In this document: positions 26,400 through 39,964 of the stretch, piece by piece
How the letters are laid out: each line of letters starts with the position of its first letter
Numbering within the stretch: the first letter of the stretch is position 1
NCBI GenBank assembly: GCA_964304625.1
Contig: OZ199840.1
Location: 10,755,024 to 10,819,023 of the forward strand
Source of the DNA: Kudoa neothunni
Lineage: Eukaryota; Animalia; Cnidaria
Length of the DNA stretch: 64,000 nt
Direction: 5' to 3'
Notes under the pieces: generated by a model
The model's input: only the letters and a program-made list of their open reading frames with translations
Database searches by the model: none
What the model was told of the DNA's origin: nothing
Position numbers and translations under genes: made by a program

Positions 26400-26900
26400 C
26401 AATTACTAATCATATTTTAAGCACATTTTAGGAGAAAATTTATCAAATAACGCTCAATAATTATCTCTAGTAGTGTAGTTTTTCGACAATAAAATTCATG
26501 ATATTAAAAATACTTATATAGCCTTACTTTGGATAAAATAAAAATGAAAAAATACTATGAGGATCGAGAAATTTTCAATATTACACATGCCAGAACAACT
26601 GTTTATAATGACTTATTGTTAATTTTTTTAATTATAATACCATGAAAAAATAAAATAAACCTTTTAGTGCACGAATTGTAATCACATTCATATTCCTTCA
26701 TAGTGGAATATAGAAACCAATGTTTAACATGAGGATTATGTTGCTGACTTCACCATCATGTATGCGATTTGAAGAAAAATTTTGATACGCTCCAGATGGG
26801 AAGAGCATATAAGATTTTTTAGAGCCGCTTTCGACGAAAAAAGTTGCAATGAAACTATAAAAATAGAGGAGTCACACGCCCCGCAATAACCCGCTTACGA
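26400..26900 (+). pseudogene. Relic coding-like segment; inverted paralog at about 45380-45960
   Basis: tatgcgatttgaagaaaaattttgatacgctccagatgggaagagcatataagatttttt matches the reverse complement of 45550-45610. Broken peptides WNIETNV*HEDY...HIRFF and WNTETSV*HRDY...HIRFFGTAPDGK. Confidence 0.45.
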
Positions 26901-29804
26901 CTTAAGTTAACTAAAACATAAATTTGTAAAAATTAAAAAATTTTATAGAAAAAAATGTAGTCACATGTTTTTAAATTCAGATTTGAAATATCTGAAGTAA
27001 GAAAAAAGATATTCATCGTCTTAAGAATCGACGGCCCCAGAAGGGATTATACGGTCTCGTTAGAATAGCCAGTGCCTTATTTAATTTAATATTCCATATT
27101 AGACAGAAAAAACAACTCTTATACAATAATTTCTAACAGATAAAATTCTTTTTTAGCATATATAATTTGTATGGGGGAAAATTAGGAATAGTTTATATTC
27201 TATTGAAATATTATTTATTTAGAGTATTCTGTAATATGAATACATATAGCAGGCAAAATGCATTGTTTTGATAATCCATCTACTATCTATATACAGTCAA
27301 GATTTTGTATTGCGTAATTTTTGGGACCGATAAAAAATTATTCAATATCGGGTCATATTGATTTTTACGTTACGCATTATTAAGTCAGGGGAACATAGAA
27401 AAAATATTTTTTAATTCTTTTTAAACGGAATAATTTATTAAACGAAATAAGGATAATGATTCAAAATTTAATTCCAATGCAATTATTTTCAACATGAAAA
27501 TTTTAAATTACTTATTAATGAATTACGATATATCCAATATCGACTATTTTTTAAATATTTAGGATGATACTTAGGCGCTGAGTATCTGTGTTGTTATAAG
27601 GGGGCATTATAGTTTATATCCGATAAAATAGTATTTTGAGCCAATGAATGTTCTTTTCTGAAGTTATGATATAGATAAATAAATTTCGCAATTTTTAAGA
27701 TTCCACAAAATTATCTTACTTTTAATTTCATAATCTCGATTGTTAAAGTATAATACTTAAAAAAAATTTTAAACTTTATCCTGACTATGGATTAAGTGAA
27801 AGTATTAGTGTATTTTTCAAACAAAAATATTTCTACTAAGAAATGAAACTGGGAATTTTGCTCCAATGCTTTTATATTTTTCTAATATAGAATGGTTATT
27901 CCATAGAAAAATGTTAGATCATGTTTTTTATGCGAGTGGAGTTAGCGATTTTCTTGTGACAGCATGATCATTGTCATGCAAAGAATTTAAGATAGAATAT
28001 ATTTTTATTTTTCCATGAGAGAACTTTTTGGTTACTTATTCGCCATAATTATCAAAAATAAATAATCAGTGCTGACATAATTGATGCCATTAAGAGTCTG
28101 AAAGTATCCCGAATAAAATTATCCTTATGAAAATTACAGATGATGATTGTCGACTATGCAATCATTCCACCTCTTGGCAAATCATGTAATGCCTATTACA
28201 ACTTAGGAACCGAACTCAGACTTTACCAGTTGGCTGAAACTAAAAATTCTAAAGCAGTTAGATGAACTCACGAAATTTCTCCATAGGTGGTGTGTCGATA
28301 AAGTTACAACCCAAGTGGTTTAGGCAACCGTTGATTTTTAATATTGCGATGAATTGAAATAATAATAATAATAAATACCTTGATGAGAATTTTAGACTTA
28401 AATAAATTGCCGTGTAAGAATGAATTTCAAAAAGACAACGCTACCAACGTTTTGGTGTCACCAAGTCAAATGATACCCCCATATTTCTCAAAAAGCTATG
28501 TAGGTATATACCATTTGTTCAACTTACCTATACAAATAATCTTTTTCAAGATTAATCAATAACGAATGTACGGTACTAAACTAACTTCATGTGAAGACGA
28601 TATGCGAGTGGCACCTTCTAAGACGACCCCGCATATTTCGGTGTTAGTTTTGAAAGAAAGCAACAGAAACCTCATTGATATTAAATACTCTTCGATTTTG
28701 TGCTAGAATTTTTTTATTTATGTCTTTTAATCTTTCGTCTGTTCAATAAGTTTTGTTCATTATTTTAAATAATTAAAATAATTATCTTATGAATTTAAAT
28801 TCACAGACATATTTCACAATCGCACAGCTCCATGCATTTGATAATGTTAAGAATCACTGGAATCGACTTGCATTTTTAAGTTAAATTACATATGTATAAT
28901 TAATACAATTTTAAGATAATAAATTTATATAAATAATTATCAGAAGATCAAAAGATAATAATAGTTGATATTATTACTATTTTTTCCTGGTTATAAAATT
29001 CAAATTGATGGAATGCGTAATGAAACTTTTTAGATAAATCATGAATAGAAGGTTTTAAATGCACAGGTTTTATGAATGGTGAGTTTATTTCGTACTCTCA
29101 AAATATTATGATAATAATTCTCACTCAAATTTTAGGAAAAATGAAGAATTGTAATATTTTTGAGGTACAACATACTTTACTGTTGTGATTACTTATGATA
29201 AAATCACGCAGAAAAAGGCTCTTTTTTGTTATTTTATAAACATAGAGTGAAAAATTAATTTTTCGCATTATTTTACTTTCGATCTTTATATAAAAATAAA
29301 AAAATATAATTATATTGAAGATAATAACAATGCAGTTTTCCCAACATAAAATTATTTTTAGGTAATTCAATTTAATTTGAATATCATTTTAGTTATAAAT
29401 TATACTTATTTTCTTAACATGGAAAAATAGATACATAATTTAGTTCTGATTAAAATAAGGGTTTATTGATTAAAATATTAATGAATCAATTAGGGATTTT
29501 ATGTTATGCTTAAATTCATTAGTATTAATACATTCATTCATTACATCATATTTAATCAATGAACGGTTAACATGAAGTATTGTTATTGTTTTTATGCTAT
29601 AATCATATCATACTAAATTAATATAATAAATTCATAATTTTCATAGGTTACTTAAATAAAAATTATATCGTTTATATTATATTCAACTTTAATTTAACTA
29701 GTAAATATTATAATGTTTGTTATATAATAGACTTCAATATAATTGAATAACCCTATTTGAACAAATGTAACGACAACTTCCGTGAGTAAATTAGACTCAA
29801 TACA

Positions 29805-32692
29805 ATGAAGCTACCATCTCATATTTTGGGAATATCGTTAGTTATTATTTGAAATTACACACATAATTCCAACAATTGCTTAATAAATTTTAGCAAATTT
29901 TTTTTTATTAAATGGGGATGCTCCGGCGCAACCTGTTCCCTCACCTTCTCAAAAAACTCTCAGCTACGCTATCGTCAAAGAAGGTGATGTTAAAAAGGTC
30001 AAAATTACTTTAAGTGGTAGTGACTATACTTCTACAAAATGTTATATCAAGAAGTCTGTTGAAAATTCTGAAAACTATACCGATATAAATGAATGCCCTG
30101 GAAATTCTGTAAGTGGAGCCTCTGGAAAATGTTTTAGAACCTGTTCCGGAGAAGACAATAAATTGACCTTTGATAAATTTTCACCTAGGACTAAGTACGT
30201 AGCAGTTTTTACAGGGAGTGACGCTGCAACTACCACTGGAAAATCTACAGGTGGAACAGTTTTTGGGCTCGAATTGCGTATATAATTATACTCGTATTTA
30301 TATAACATAAAATCAGGTTTATTGGTGAATCCGCAAGTAACAATAACAACTACAGCTGTGACTACAACTCCAAGAAAACTGAAATTAAGCACTGTCACAT
30401 GCAAACAAGTTGCGTGTCCTATATTTTACAATGGAGTACAATACGCAGATGGAACTGTTGGAACTAGTTGCACTGAAGCTAATCAGAATCATGAAGTAGA
30501 ATTCAATTTGATGATACCTCATTATGAAATGAGATGTGAGCATTACCCCAGTTTTTTTTATAAACTACAAAACATATATACGTTGAAGGAAATAGACGTT
30601 TATCAACCTCAATATTTTGTTAAATTTAAAGAAACTGATAAAACTAAATACTTAATAAAGTTTACTAATAAGTTTCCCTTTGAAATATGCCGTTTTAGCA
30701 TTAAAGAAGTTACTACTGCTGGAGCTGGTGCGACTACATCCCAACAATATACTTCAAAATGCGGCGGAACAACGCAAGATTGCTATGCTCCTTGTAATGA
30801 CGTGGAATTAACGTTCGTCGACTCAAAAGTTCTGGTTGAAGTTATGATTCAAACAAGACACTTTCCTTTAGAAAAAGTTGATGAAAAATACCTTGGCTAT
30901 ATACAAGAGAAATTTGGTAATAGATAATTATTCGTTTTTGAATGATCTCTGTTAGTCGTGACTGAGACCTCCACTACTGGGGGACAACTGTTGTCCACTA
31001 TCACCAAAAATGGTGTCACATTAAACGTACCTTTATTTAATCCAACCACAACCCCGAAATTTACCAGCTGTACAGTTACTCATTATGCAGCAGACGAACC
31101 GGCTCCTACAAGCGGTGCAGTAACAAATTGTGAAATTTCTGGTTCCAACTGTGGCGATAATTGTGCATCAGCTCTAACGATAACAGGATTATCTGCCGGA
31201 AAGCCATATATACTTCTTATTGCAGCTGCTGTTACTAATGGAATAAAGGAAGGTTTTAAGGAGAAAATATTATTTAGAACAGGTATATAATTTTAATATT
31301 TAATTTATTGTAAAGTATGCTAAGAAAAAGAAGATTCAAAAACATTTCCTCCAGTAACACCAACGTTAAGTGAAACAACGGCCTCAATCAAAGTCATACC
31401 TGGAGACGGAGCATTGATAAAAACTGACGTTACATGCGCTTATTATATTAGTCCACGCGGAAAGGATGTGTATGTTTGTGCAATGTGCATCGATAGCTAC
31501 CCATGTCGAGGCATATGCAAGGAAACTCAGACTATTGTTGGATTGAAGCCAGGAAGTGAGTATGACCTTAAGGTTGTTGCACATAAAGATTATGGGTTCA
31601 AAGTACATCCAATTACAACAAGTATATTAACTAAGATAAATTGAATGAGTTGATTTATAGCAAAATCAACATTCACATTAACAAAGGAATTTGTCGACAA
31701 GGGTTTCAAAATAGTAGGCACATTGTCTACACCTGATGCAGAGGCTAAATGCCACTACAACGTGGAAGTTAAGAAGGGAAATCAGTATACTTTAATTCAC
31801 CAATGCCCCCAAGCACCAATTTCTCCAAAACCAGCTGAAACCCCTTCCAATAAATCAAAGCTTTCCAAAATTATGGTCGCTAGATCAGCAACTGATTCGA
31901 CTTCCCCTCAATCGAGAAAAACGACCTCAAATATGCCCACCTATTGCACTGAGCCTCCATCATGTTCTGAGATATTATTCACAACTAATTATGATCGCTC
32001 TAAGAAATATCGTGTGGTGGTAACTAAGGCAGGAGCACACGACGCAAATATTGAAATTCCGGAAAGTAAAATTTTTGCTTTTATTAAAAAATTAAAATTT
32101 GTATTATAATATAATTATTATAATTAGATCCTATTGTAAAAAACCAAGATATAACTAAACAAATTATTATTAGCATTGAGCGTGATGGAAACAAATTAAA
32201 GGTTACGTCGGCACTACCACAGCAATTCGCTGAGAACACATGTGGATGGGAATTAAGAGACTCAACCAATCCTGAGAAGGTTTTAGTCAAATCATGTAAT
32301 GGAGAAAACGATGGAGGTTGTGAAACCCTTCCTAAATGCAAAGAATTTGAAATCACAAATGTTGAGGATACAAACGATTACCATTTGACAGTTTATGTTA
32401 GCAGTGATAAAACAATCAATGGAAATAGCCAAATTAAGAAAGGTATATGTGTTATATGCTTAAATTATCAAATTCTTCTTAGGAGAAAGTTACGACACAA
32501 TGAAATCAACGTAATTTAGTTGTATTTATTTTTGTCTTTTATAACACTTATTTAGATCAAAAAACACTATGTAAATATATAATATATGTATTTGTAAATA
32601 TTTAATGATTTAGAATAATAATAGTCGCAGTCGCTGTAGGTGTGGTTGTTCTAGCGGCGGTCGCTGTGGTTTTCATAAAGAAAAGGAATTAA
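29805..32692 (+). CDS. Surface protein copy B; exons open but first intron donor is GA (possibly silent)
   Basis: Same 10-exon layout as A. Intron 1 starts gaaattac at 29851, where A and D have gtaattac. Ends ...VAVVFIKKRN*. Confidence 0.8.
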
Positions 32693-33410
32693 CCAGCTAT
32701 TTATTATTTAATTACAGATTTTATTTATCAATTAGTATATTATTTTAATAAATCATTTAATTTATATTTTCGTTTCTATAGCAATTCTCTCTAAATTTTC
32801 AGTTAGCTCACTTAAAATATAGAAATTTTGTACCCATTTGAATAAGTTATAAAATAAAAAATAAAAAATCGTGTTTATCTCACTTAGATGCTTATATAAT
32901 CCTAATAAATTATTTTATACAACAATATAATTTTAGTTGATTTATATTTAACTTAATTAGCTATGTATGATAATTGCAACATTATATGATTAATTTTTCA
33001 TCAAAATTTGGAGTTATTAAGGATAACCATTATTTAGATTGATTGAAAATAAAAAAGATATGGAGAATGATTATGTTCATAGTAGTATAAGATGTGTATA
33101 GAAAAATGTTAACCCTCTAAGGCAGGGACTCTCAACCGGGGTAAATTTTAAATGACAGGGGTTAGATTAATTACCATCAAAATTGGATAGGAGAAATTTT
33201 TGTACAATGGGCTTGTGAGGTACTTAAGGATTCCTAAGGAACTATATTATTTAGGGCTATAAAACTCAATACGGTAGGTGACGGCTCGTGCGCACCTGCC
33301 ATGATTTAATGACTTACACTATAGTGCGTCTAATTAAAATGAATCGAATAAAAGCATAACAATTATAATAAATTATTAAAACCTTAGTTTTCGTTTTACT
33401 TTGTTGTATA

Positions 33411-35439
33411 CAGTGGGTGAGGGCTAATTCGTACTTTTATTCATCGCACGCGCAAAAAATTTGGGTCGATTTTATAAGAAATGTGATATTATCCTACTTT
33501 TTTAAAATAAAATTTGTTATTTTCGTTTGCTCAAATCCTTTTTTTGAGATTAGAAACATTTCTTCTTCTAGTTTGTGAAGATAAGATAATCCAACATATT
33601 TGATCCATTCTTAATGAAGTATCCCTTTAAATATTCAAAGCACTTCAGCGCTTCTTTCGTGGTATATGACTTTTCTTTGTATGTTTCGGGTTCACAATCA
33701 AACAATTTCTTTATATCAATGGTTACGCCATCGTTTCCACGGTTGTCCTCAAATTCACAGACTTGAACGAGTTCTTCTTCATCTTGGCATTGTATTATCT
33801 CTGGATCGTCGATTTCATCTAAAACTTCATGGTTTATGGGTTCGTCTATGTACAATTATTAAGTTTGTATAAAATAGTAATAAGGGTCTTCGTTACCATC
33901 GAATCTAAATCTAGCTTTCTTTGGATCGTTACATTCTCCCACGATTTTTTTACAAGCACCAACGCATCTAATAAATCAATTGGCTTAAGTTCGACATCAT
34001 TCTCAACTAAAAATGTAGATCTATTTATTGGATATCTTCTATAAACAGCTTTAAATGAATTAATACTCCCTTGATTCATAGGTTGCAAAACATTAGTTGT
34101 GTTTTTAGGGAAAAATAATGATTAAATATTTGATAATTATAATGGTGAATGGCAACTCGCATTATCATGAAATAGCACAATTTTTTTGTTCTGCTCTTTG
34201 AAATTAGAATTTAATTTAACTAAATATTTCTTAAATATCTCTGAGGTCATCCATGCTTTCTTAATGGAGAAGTAAGGAACTGGATTATCTTTCAAATTTT
34301 TAAAACACCTTGGTTTTTCATGATGACCAATCACTAATGGTTCCAATTTTTCGCCTAATAATGATGCTCCCAATAAAAGCGTAACTCTTTTTTTGATCGC
34401 TTTGAGCATTTTGCATTTACCTCAGTAGATAGAACGTAACTTCTTCCTAAATTAGGTTAACATAAATACGTTCGAGTGAATATAATGTATTGTAAAATAG
34501 TTCTTAAAAAATTCCAATGGGAATTTGTTGATGATTGACATAAATTAAATGTTGATATAATTATTTTTTTAACGACATGTAGCAAGTCAATGACGCTTTT
34601 TGTCGTTATTGTGTAGCTTATGTATCTTACTGGGATGTTGTTTATAGAACAAAGCTGTTTCATCAAGGTTGTACACTTGTTCAGCTTTATAATTTTTCAA
34701 TATATTTTTGAATTGAAGTTCCAATCATCGACAGTTTCCATGTTTACCATGTTTGCCTCGGCATGAAAATTTGGTCGTCGTAAATTACATCTTTCGTTAA
34801 ATCCACGAAACCAACCATAGCTCATATCCTCCGCTTCTTTATTAATGGTTTTTGCAAATTCATTTCGTTTTGAAATAATTTCCAACGACGAAATTTCCAA
34901 TTTTTTTGGACCTCATCCATATTAACCACTCAAAAACTTGTTGATCAATTTCATCATTCGAACCCTTTTTTAAGGTTTTACGATTTTTCTTGACTACTCC
35001 GATCTTAACGGAGCTCCTTATTTCCTCTTTTTTCAATAATATTCCATTCAAAGTTGAAATAGAGGATAAACCAAAATGTTTCACTGTGTGACTTTTAGCA
35101 TTTTTTGGAGGCTAAATTTCGAAGTATTTAATAATATTATATTTTTCGGTAAGTGTCATCCATTTACGCTTTCTTTATTCATCCATATTTCTGTATTAAA
35201 TGATATCGGCGCGCTCTTTGCATCCCTGCTCCGCGGAAATTAGTGCGAATTATCCATCAATGGGTTTAACTTATAAAATTTTCTTATATTTAACAGGATA
35301 AAACATTTTAAAGTTGAATATCGTCATAATTAATGATTCTATTCCTATATATAATGATAAAAACCTCCAGGTTTATTTATTTTGGCGACAATGAAAAAAG
35401 TGCGAGTTACCTATACTGCGAATTAGCCGTCACTCAATG
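33411..35439 (-). mobile_element. Full-length but decayed pogo/Tigger transposon
   Basis: TA TSDs; TIRs cagtgggtgagggctaattcg and cgaattagccgtcactcaatg. Peptides KRVTLLLGASLLGEKLEPLVIGHHEKPRCFK...KAWMTSEIF...LFHDNASCH and PKNTTNVLQPMNQG are DDE_1-type, and a CENP-B HTH is present. Confidence 0.93.
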
Positions 35440-36405
35440 TATAAAAATTAGATCAAATTTACGACTCGTGAGCACTAAGCTTAAGAATAAAGTTGCCAAA
35501 TGATGGGTCATGGGCACTTAAAGAAAACTAAGACGTTACGTTATTTGAAAGATAAAATGGATATAATGCCATATTATGAAAGAATATCGAATGGGGAAAA
35601 CAGATAAACTAAAATTCTCAATTATTTTAACTTAAAATATTCATTTTTTTAAATAGGATTTTGGGTAATAAAGAATCCAATATAAAGTCTCATAATGGTA
35701 TGAAAATTACAAATAACCACAAAAAATTTACTATTTCTATGAATGATGCTTTAATTTATTTAAGAAAACTGTACATATTCTTCAGAAAACGACGTTTTAC
35801 GATTCAAGAATGTCAGAGCTTTACCAGTAAAATATTAAAAACTTTTCCAAAGCAAAATCCAACCAATAAGTATGCTAAAAACTTTTAGTTATATTTTATT
35901 AGGTATATCAATTAATTTTATGAAATTATGCATATCAATATATATTAAATTTATCTTTATTATTAACTCTTACTCCTACTTCTCTTGATTACTGAAAATG
36001 ATTCATTTGTTACGCAACACTTCCTTAAGATATAATGATTCATTAATTAAGTTTTCTGCATGTTTATATTTAAAATCATCCAAACCTTTATGATTAAAAT
36101 AAAAAATAATTTTAATTGTAATAAAATTTGATGTGTAAATTGCATTTATTATTTTTTTAAATTTTTGTTGACAGAAATCATTGGTATTATCATCACGTCG
36201 TCTAAATGGTTTGTTTCTACAAATCAAAGTCAAGGATCGACTGGATTAATCACATTTAAAATTTACATGATTGCTATAAGAAAATATTATTTTATTAATA
36301 TACTTTTGACTATAAATACAAACATAATGATAAATAAGAATGACTAAATGGCAAGATTCCATATTAAAATTTTGCTTTGTTCGCATGCGTCATGACGGCT
36401 CGAAG

Positions 36406-36957
36406 CAGGGCTGCCACCCGGTTTTAGAACAAACCCAAGGTCGAGAAAAAAACTAATCGAAAATACAACAAAAAATAGAATCATGTCTATTAAAGTTTTT
36501 GATCATTTTCCGAGTCTTTAATTACGTCTACAAAATTAAATTTAAATTTATCGTCGTATTATTGCAATTTATTGACGCGAACACTCACTCAAACTCAATG
36601 TCTAATATAGATCAGTGTGTTTGCAATGAATGAATTAATTAATAGTTCAAGATATATTTTGAAATAACGTAAATTTTTTTATTATGTGCGACAATGTTAA
36701 CTGAACAATTGTGTAATCGTGTCATTTAAATAATCTATTGTGCTGTCGTTCAATATTTTAAATGTTTAAAGCCTGCACGATATAATCTGAATAGGATACG
36801 TAATTAAAAAAATATATATATATATATCAATGTCGCACATAATAAAATTTGTGTTATGATTCAATGTTTACAAGTTTCCAATAAAACCCCAAGATTTTGT
36901 AAAAAATGAAAAAAAAACCTCAAGAACCCAAGGTCTTGGGAAAAAACTCAGGCCCTG
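36406..36957. mobile_element. Non-autonomous hAT-like element
   Basis: cagggc...gccctg termini with an 8 bp TSD (gctcgaag / gctcgagg). Confidence 0.65.
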
Positions 36958-37251
36958 GCTCGAGGGCAACTCGAACCCAATTCCTATTTTAATGCCCACG
37001 GCCTGTCACCCACTGTAATAAGAATTATCTTACTTAAGTTTTTTATAATAAATTTTTACGATATAACCATGCTTAAGATATTAATATTTTGAGCTGGAAA
37101 TTTGTTAATATAATTTGACCAGATTTCAAATTAATAAAAATTTAATTAGAATTAGAGACAAAAACAAGGAATTCGGGGTCAATATAAAAAGGAGACAAAT
37201 CTTATGAAATCGCATTATTTTATCTTTAAAGCCACATGCAAAAATTGAAAA

Positions 37252-39852
37252 GGTAATGAGGGAGTATCCATCTCCAAAAATTCATTCTTTTGCGCTTGTA
37301 AAAACCTACCGATTTTATTATAAATTGTCTTTATACATTTTTAAATATGTAGTAATCACAAATATCTTTAAAAATATCAGTTTAAAAAAATCAATAAAAA
37401 TGCAGCTTTGGTCATTATCGTAACGTGCGCACAACTTTGTGCGTCCTTTTTTGCGCTTTATTTCCCTAAGTTTCCATATATATGCAACTTTGAGACCATT
37501 AATATGTTCAATTTAATTAAATTTTATAATATCATTAGTATTATCAATAGATCTCTACTTTAGTTCTACATTTTGGGTATTAGATATAATTTTTGTGATT
37601 TTAATTATTGGTTTAAAAATTTTTATCAGAGATAAATTAATGAGTTATATTTAAAAGTTTCTGAAACAAGCTATCGACTGAAGCTTAGTAATGGTAGAAT
37701 TTAAGTCGCAGCACCAGTTTTACAAGCTGCTTCTAGATCAAGGAACATTGCTAAACTCCTTACCCAGGAACGGTCTATTGCAGAGAATGCCGAACAGGTG
37801 CAAGAATTGTCGTGGGTATAAAACCTATAAATTAAAGATTGAACGAAGGTTAAAAACAATTCCACAGATCTACAATTTATTTGTGAATCAGAAAAATCCA
37901 CTTATATTTGTTCAAAGTAATTTTATGTTACAGGAATTATTCTAGATATACTTGTAAGACATGTCTCTCTCTAAGAACCTCAACTCTCTTTGGAATTATG
38001 AATAAATTTCAAGACAATTCTTCAAAGTTATCGGTTTCCTATATTTTTGAGCTGGTTTATTTGTGGGCTATGGATGAGCTTAGACACCAGATGATCATTT
38101 TAACTGGAATAACAGGAAAAACTATTACATATTGGTACTCATCCTTAAGAAAAATTTGTTGGGAAAATTTTCAGCGGCGTGACAAGTTCGACGGAAAAAG
38201 AATTATTGAAATAGACGAATGACTTTTGGGGGAAACGGAAAAATAATCGTGGTAGGTACTTGGGAGCAGATGACTGGAGAAGCGCCCCTAATGAAACGTA
38301 TTCTCCATCATCATCATGATCTGATGATGACACGGATGATGATGCTGGTGGCACTAATGTCGAAAGATATAGGAAAGGAATAGAAGGTCCATGGGTAGTT
38401 GGAATTTATGAATGTTCCGTTGACGGTGAAGGTAATCGTAAATTTCTGGAGTAGATATTTTTTATTGTGGATCGAAGGGATAAATGTACCCTTATACCCC
38501 TAATTTTTCAAGAGGTATCACATGGCTCCACAATTTACACAGACGAATGGAAAGGGTACAAATGGTTAAGAATTTACGGATATAACCATATAGCTATAAA
38601 CTACTCAGAAGAATACGTTACAGATTACGGGGATCATACAAACACTGTAGAGGTTGTATGGCACCATTTAAAAACGAAGCTTTTGCGAAGGATGAGTGGT
38701 GTGCCGAAAGATATGCTTCAATTGTATCTGGCTGAGGAGTTATCACGATCGAAAAATGAAAATTCATGGGGGTTTTCGATTTTATTAGGAAAGAGATAAC
38801 AAGAATATATTCCATTAACAATAATAATAATGAAAATTAGTTTATTCAATTCTGTTGTACGATTCTTCTTCGATTTACGGACACACATTTAGTATCTTTT
38901 ATATAACAACAATTTAAACTTTGTTATATTGTATCATTAAGTTACGTACATTTAAAAATTATGGAGAATATAGTTTTCACTACGGAAATTTATTACCAAT
39001 ATTTTAAAAGTTAATCATTTGATCGATAGAACATAAGCTCTACCAAACGAATACACTAATGCGTTAAAAAACGATATATATTTTTGTATGCCGATAATTT
39101 TTTTTTATTCCATATAATATAAGTTGTTAACAAATTTATGACAACCATTGATTACTTTTTGGTTGTCTTGGGTGACGAAATAATAAAACTAAACAAAATG
39201 CTTCATTTTTAATATGTTTGCGTTCGTGTAGAGTCCAAAACTAGAGATCATTAAGTAACCTTCTCATTCAAAACGAATTCCTTTAATTATTAATGTTTCC
39301 ATTATACAGTAATTTATTAAATAATTTGTGAGTTTCTAATTCACTACAAATATGGGAAATATTATGATAGACACAATAATATTACAATTATTCGCAACGT
39401 TAAAAAAATAAATCACTAAGACAATTATATAAGCTAAAGTTAGTTGGTTTCGACATTTCTAATCAATTAAACTTTTATTTTTTAACGATTCTTTCTGGGT
39501 AGAAGTTAATTTAAATTCAAACAAATTATCTAAATCTATTACTGCTGAGTCAATTATGTTTTTCACCCATAAATGCTATAATATGACTAATTTGGAGATA
39601 ATGATAGCCGCAAAGTTGCATACATGTGGAAACTTAGGGAAATATAGCGCGAAAAAAAACGTACAAAGTTATGATCACGCTATAATAATGACCGAAACTG
39701 CATTTTTATTGATTTTTTTAAACAGATATTTTTAAAGATACTTGTAATCACTTTACATTTAAAAAATGTATAAAGAAGATTTATAATAAACTCGGTAGGT
39801 TTGCACAAGCGCAAAAAGGCGAATTTTTGGAGGTGGATACTCCCCCATTACC
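37252..39852 (+). mobile_element. Merlin (IS1595/ISXO2-like) transposon with ~245 bp TIRs, decayed
   Basis: Long imperfect TIRs starting ggtaatg.gggagtatcca.ctccaaaaattc; 8 bp TSD attgaaaa / attaaaaa. Peptides IIEIDE, GPWVVGIYE, TLIPLI...GSTIYTDEWKGY...HTNTVE..W. Confidence 0.92.
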
Positions 39853-39964
39853 ATTAAAAATAACAATAATTTCAGCTAACAACTTCCAATACCAAACAAT
39901 GCTACGTGATCAAATAATCTTATTAATAAATATTACCTATAAAATATAGTTAACAAAAATTAAT

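Larger units (their letters stand above)
33272..37015 (+). mobile_element. Probable outer, internally deleted pogo-like element hosting nested insertions
   Basis: Degenerate TA-flanked TIRs (ta|cggtaggtgacggctcgtgcgca and tgcccacggcctgtcacccactg|ta), with pogo-like N- and C-terminal peptide remnants at 35550-35890. Confidence 0.4.

Noticed and set aside
37691-38799. Bacterial IS1595 insertion, contamination or horizontal transfer
   Set aside because: Eukaryotic Merlin elements share this DDE domain; the element has a TSD, is decayed and sits in intron-containing host DNA.
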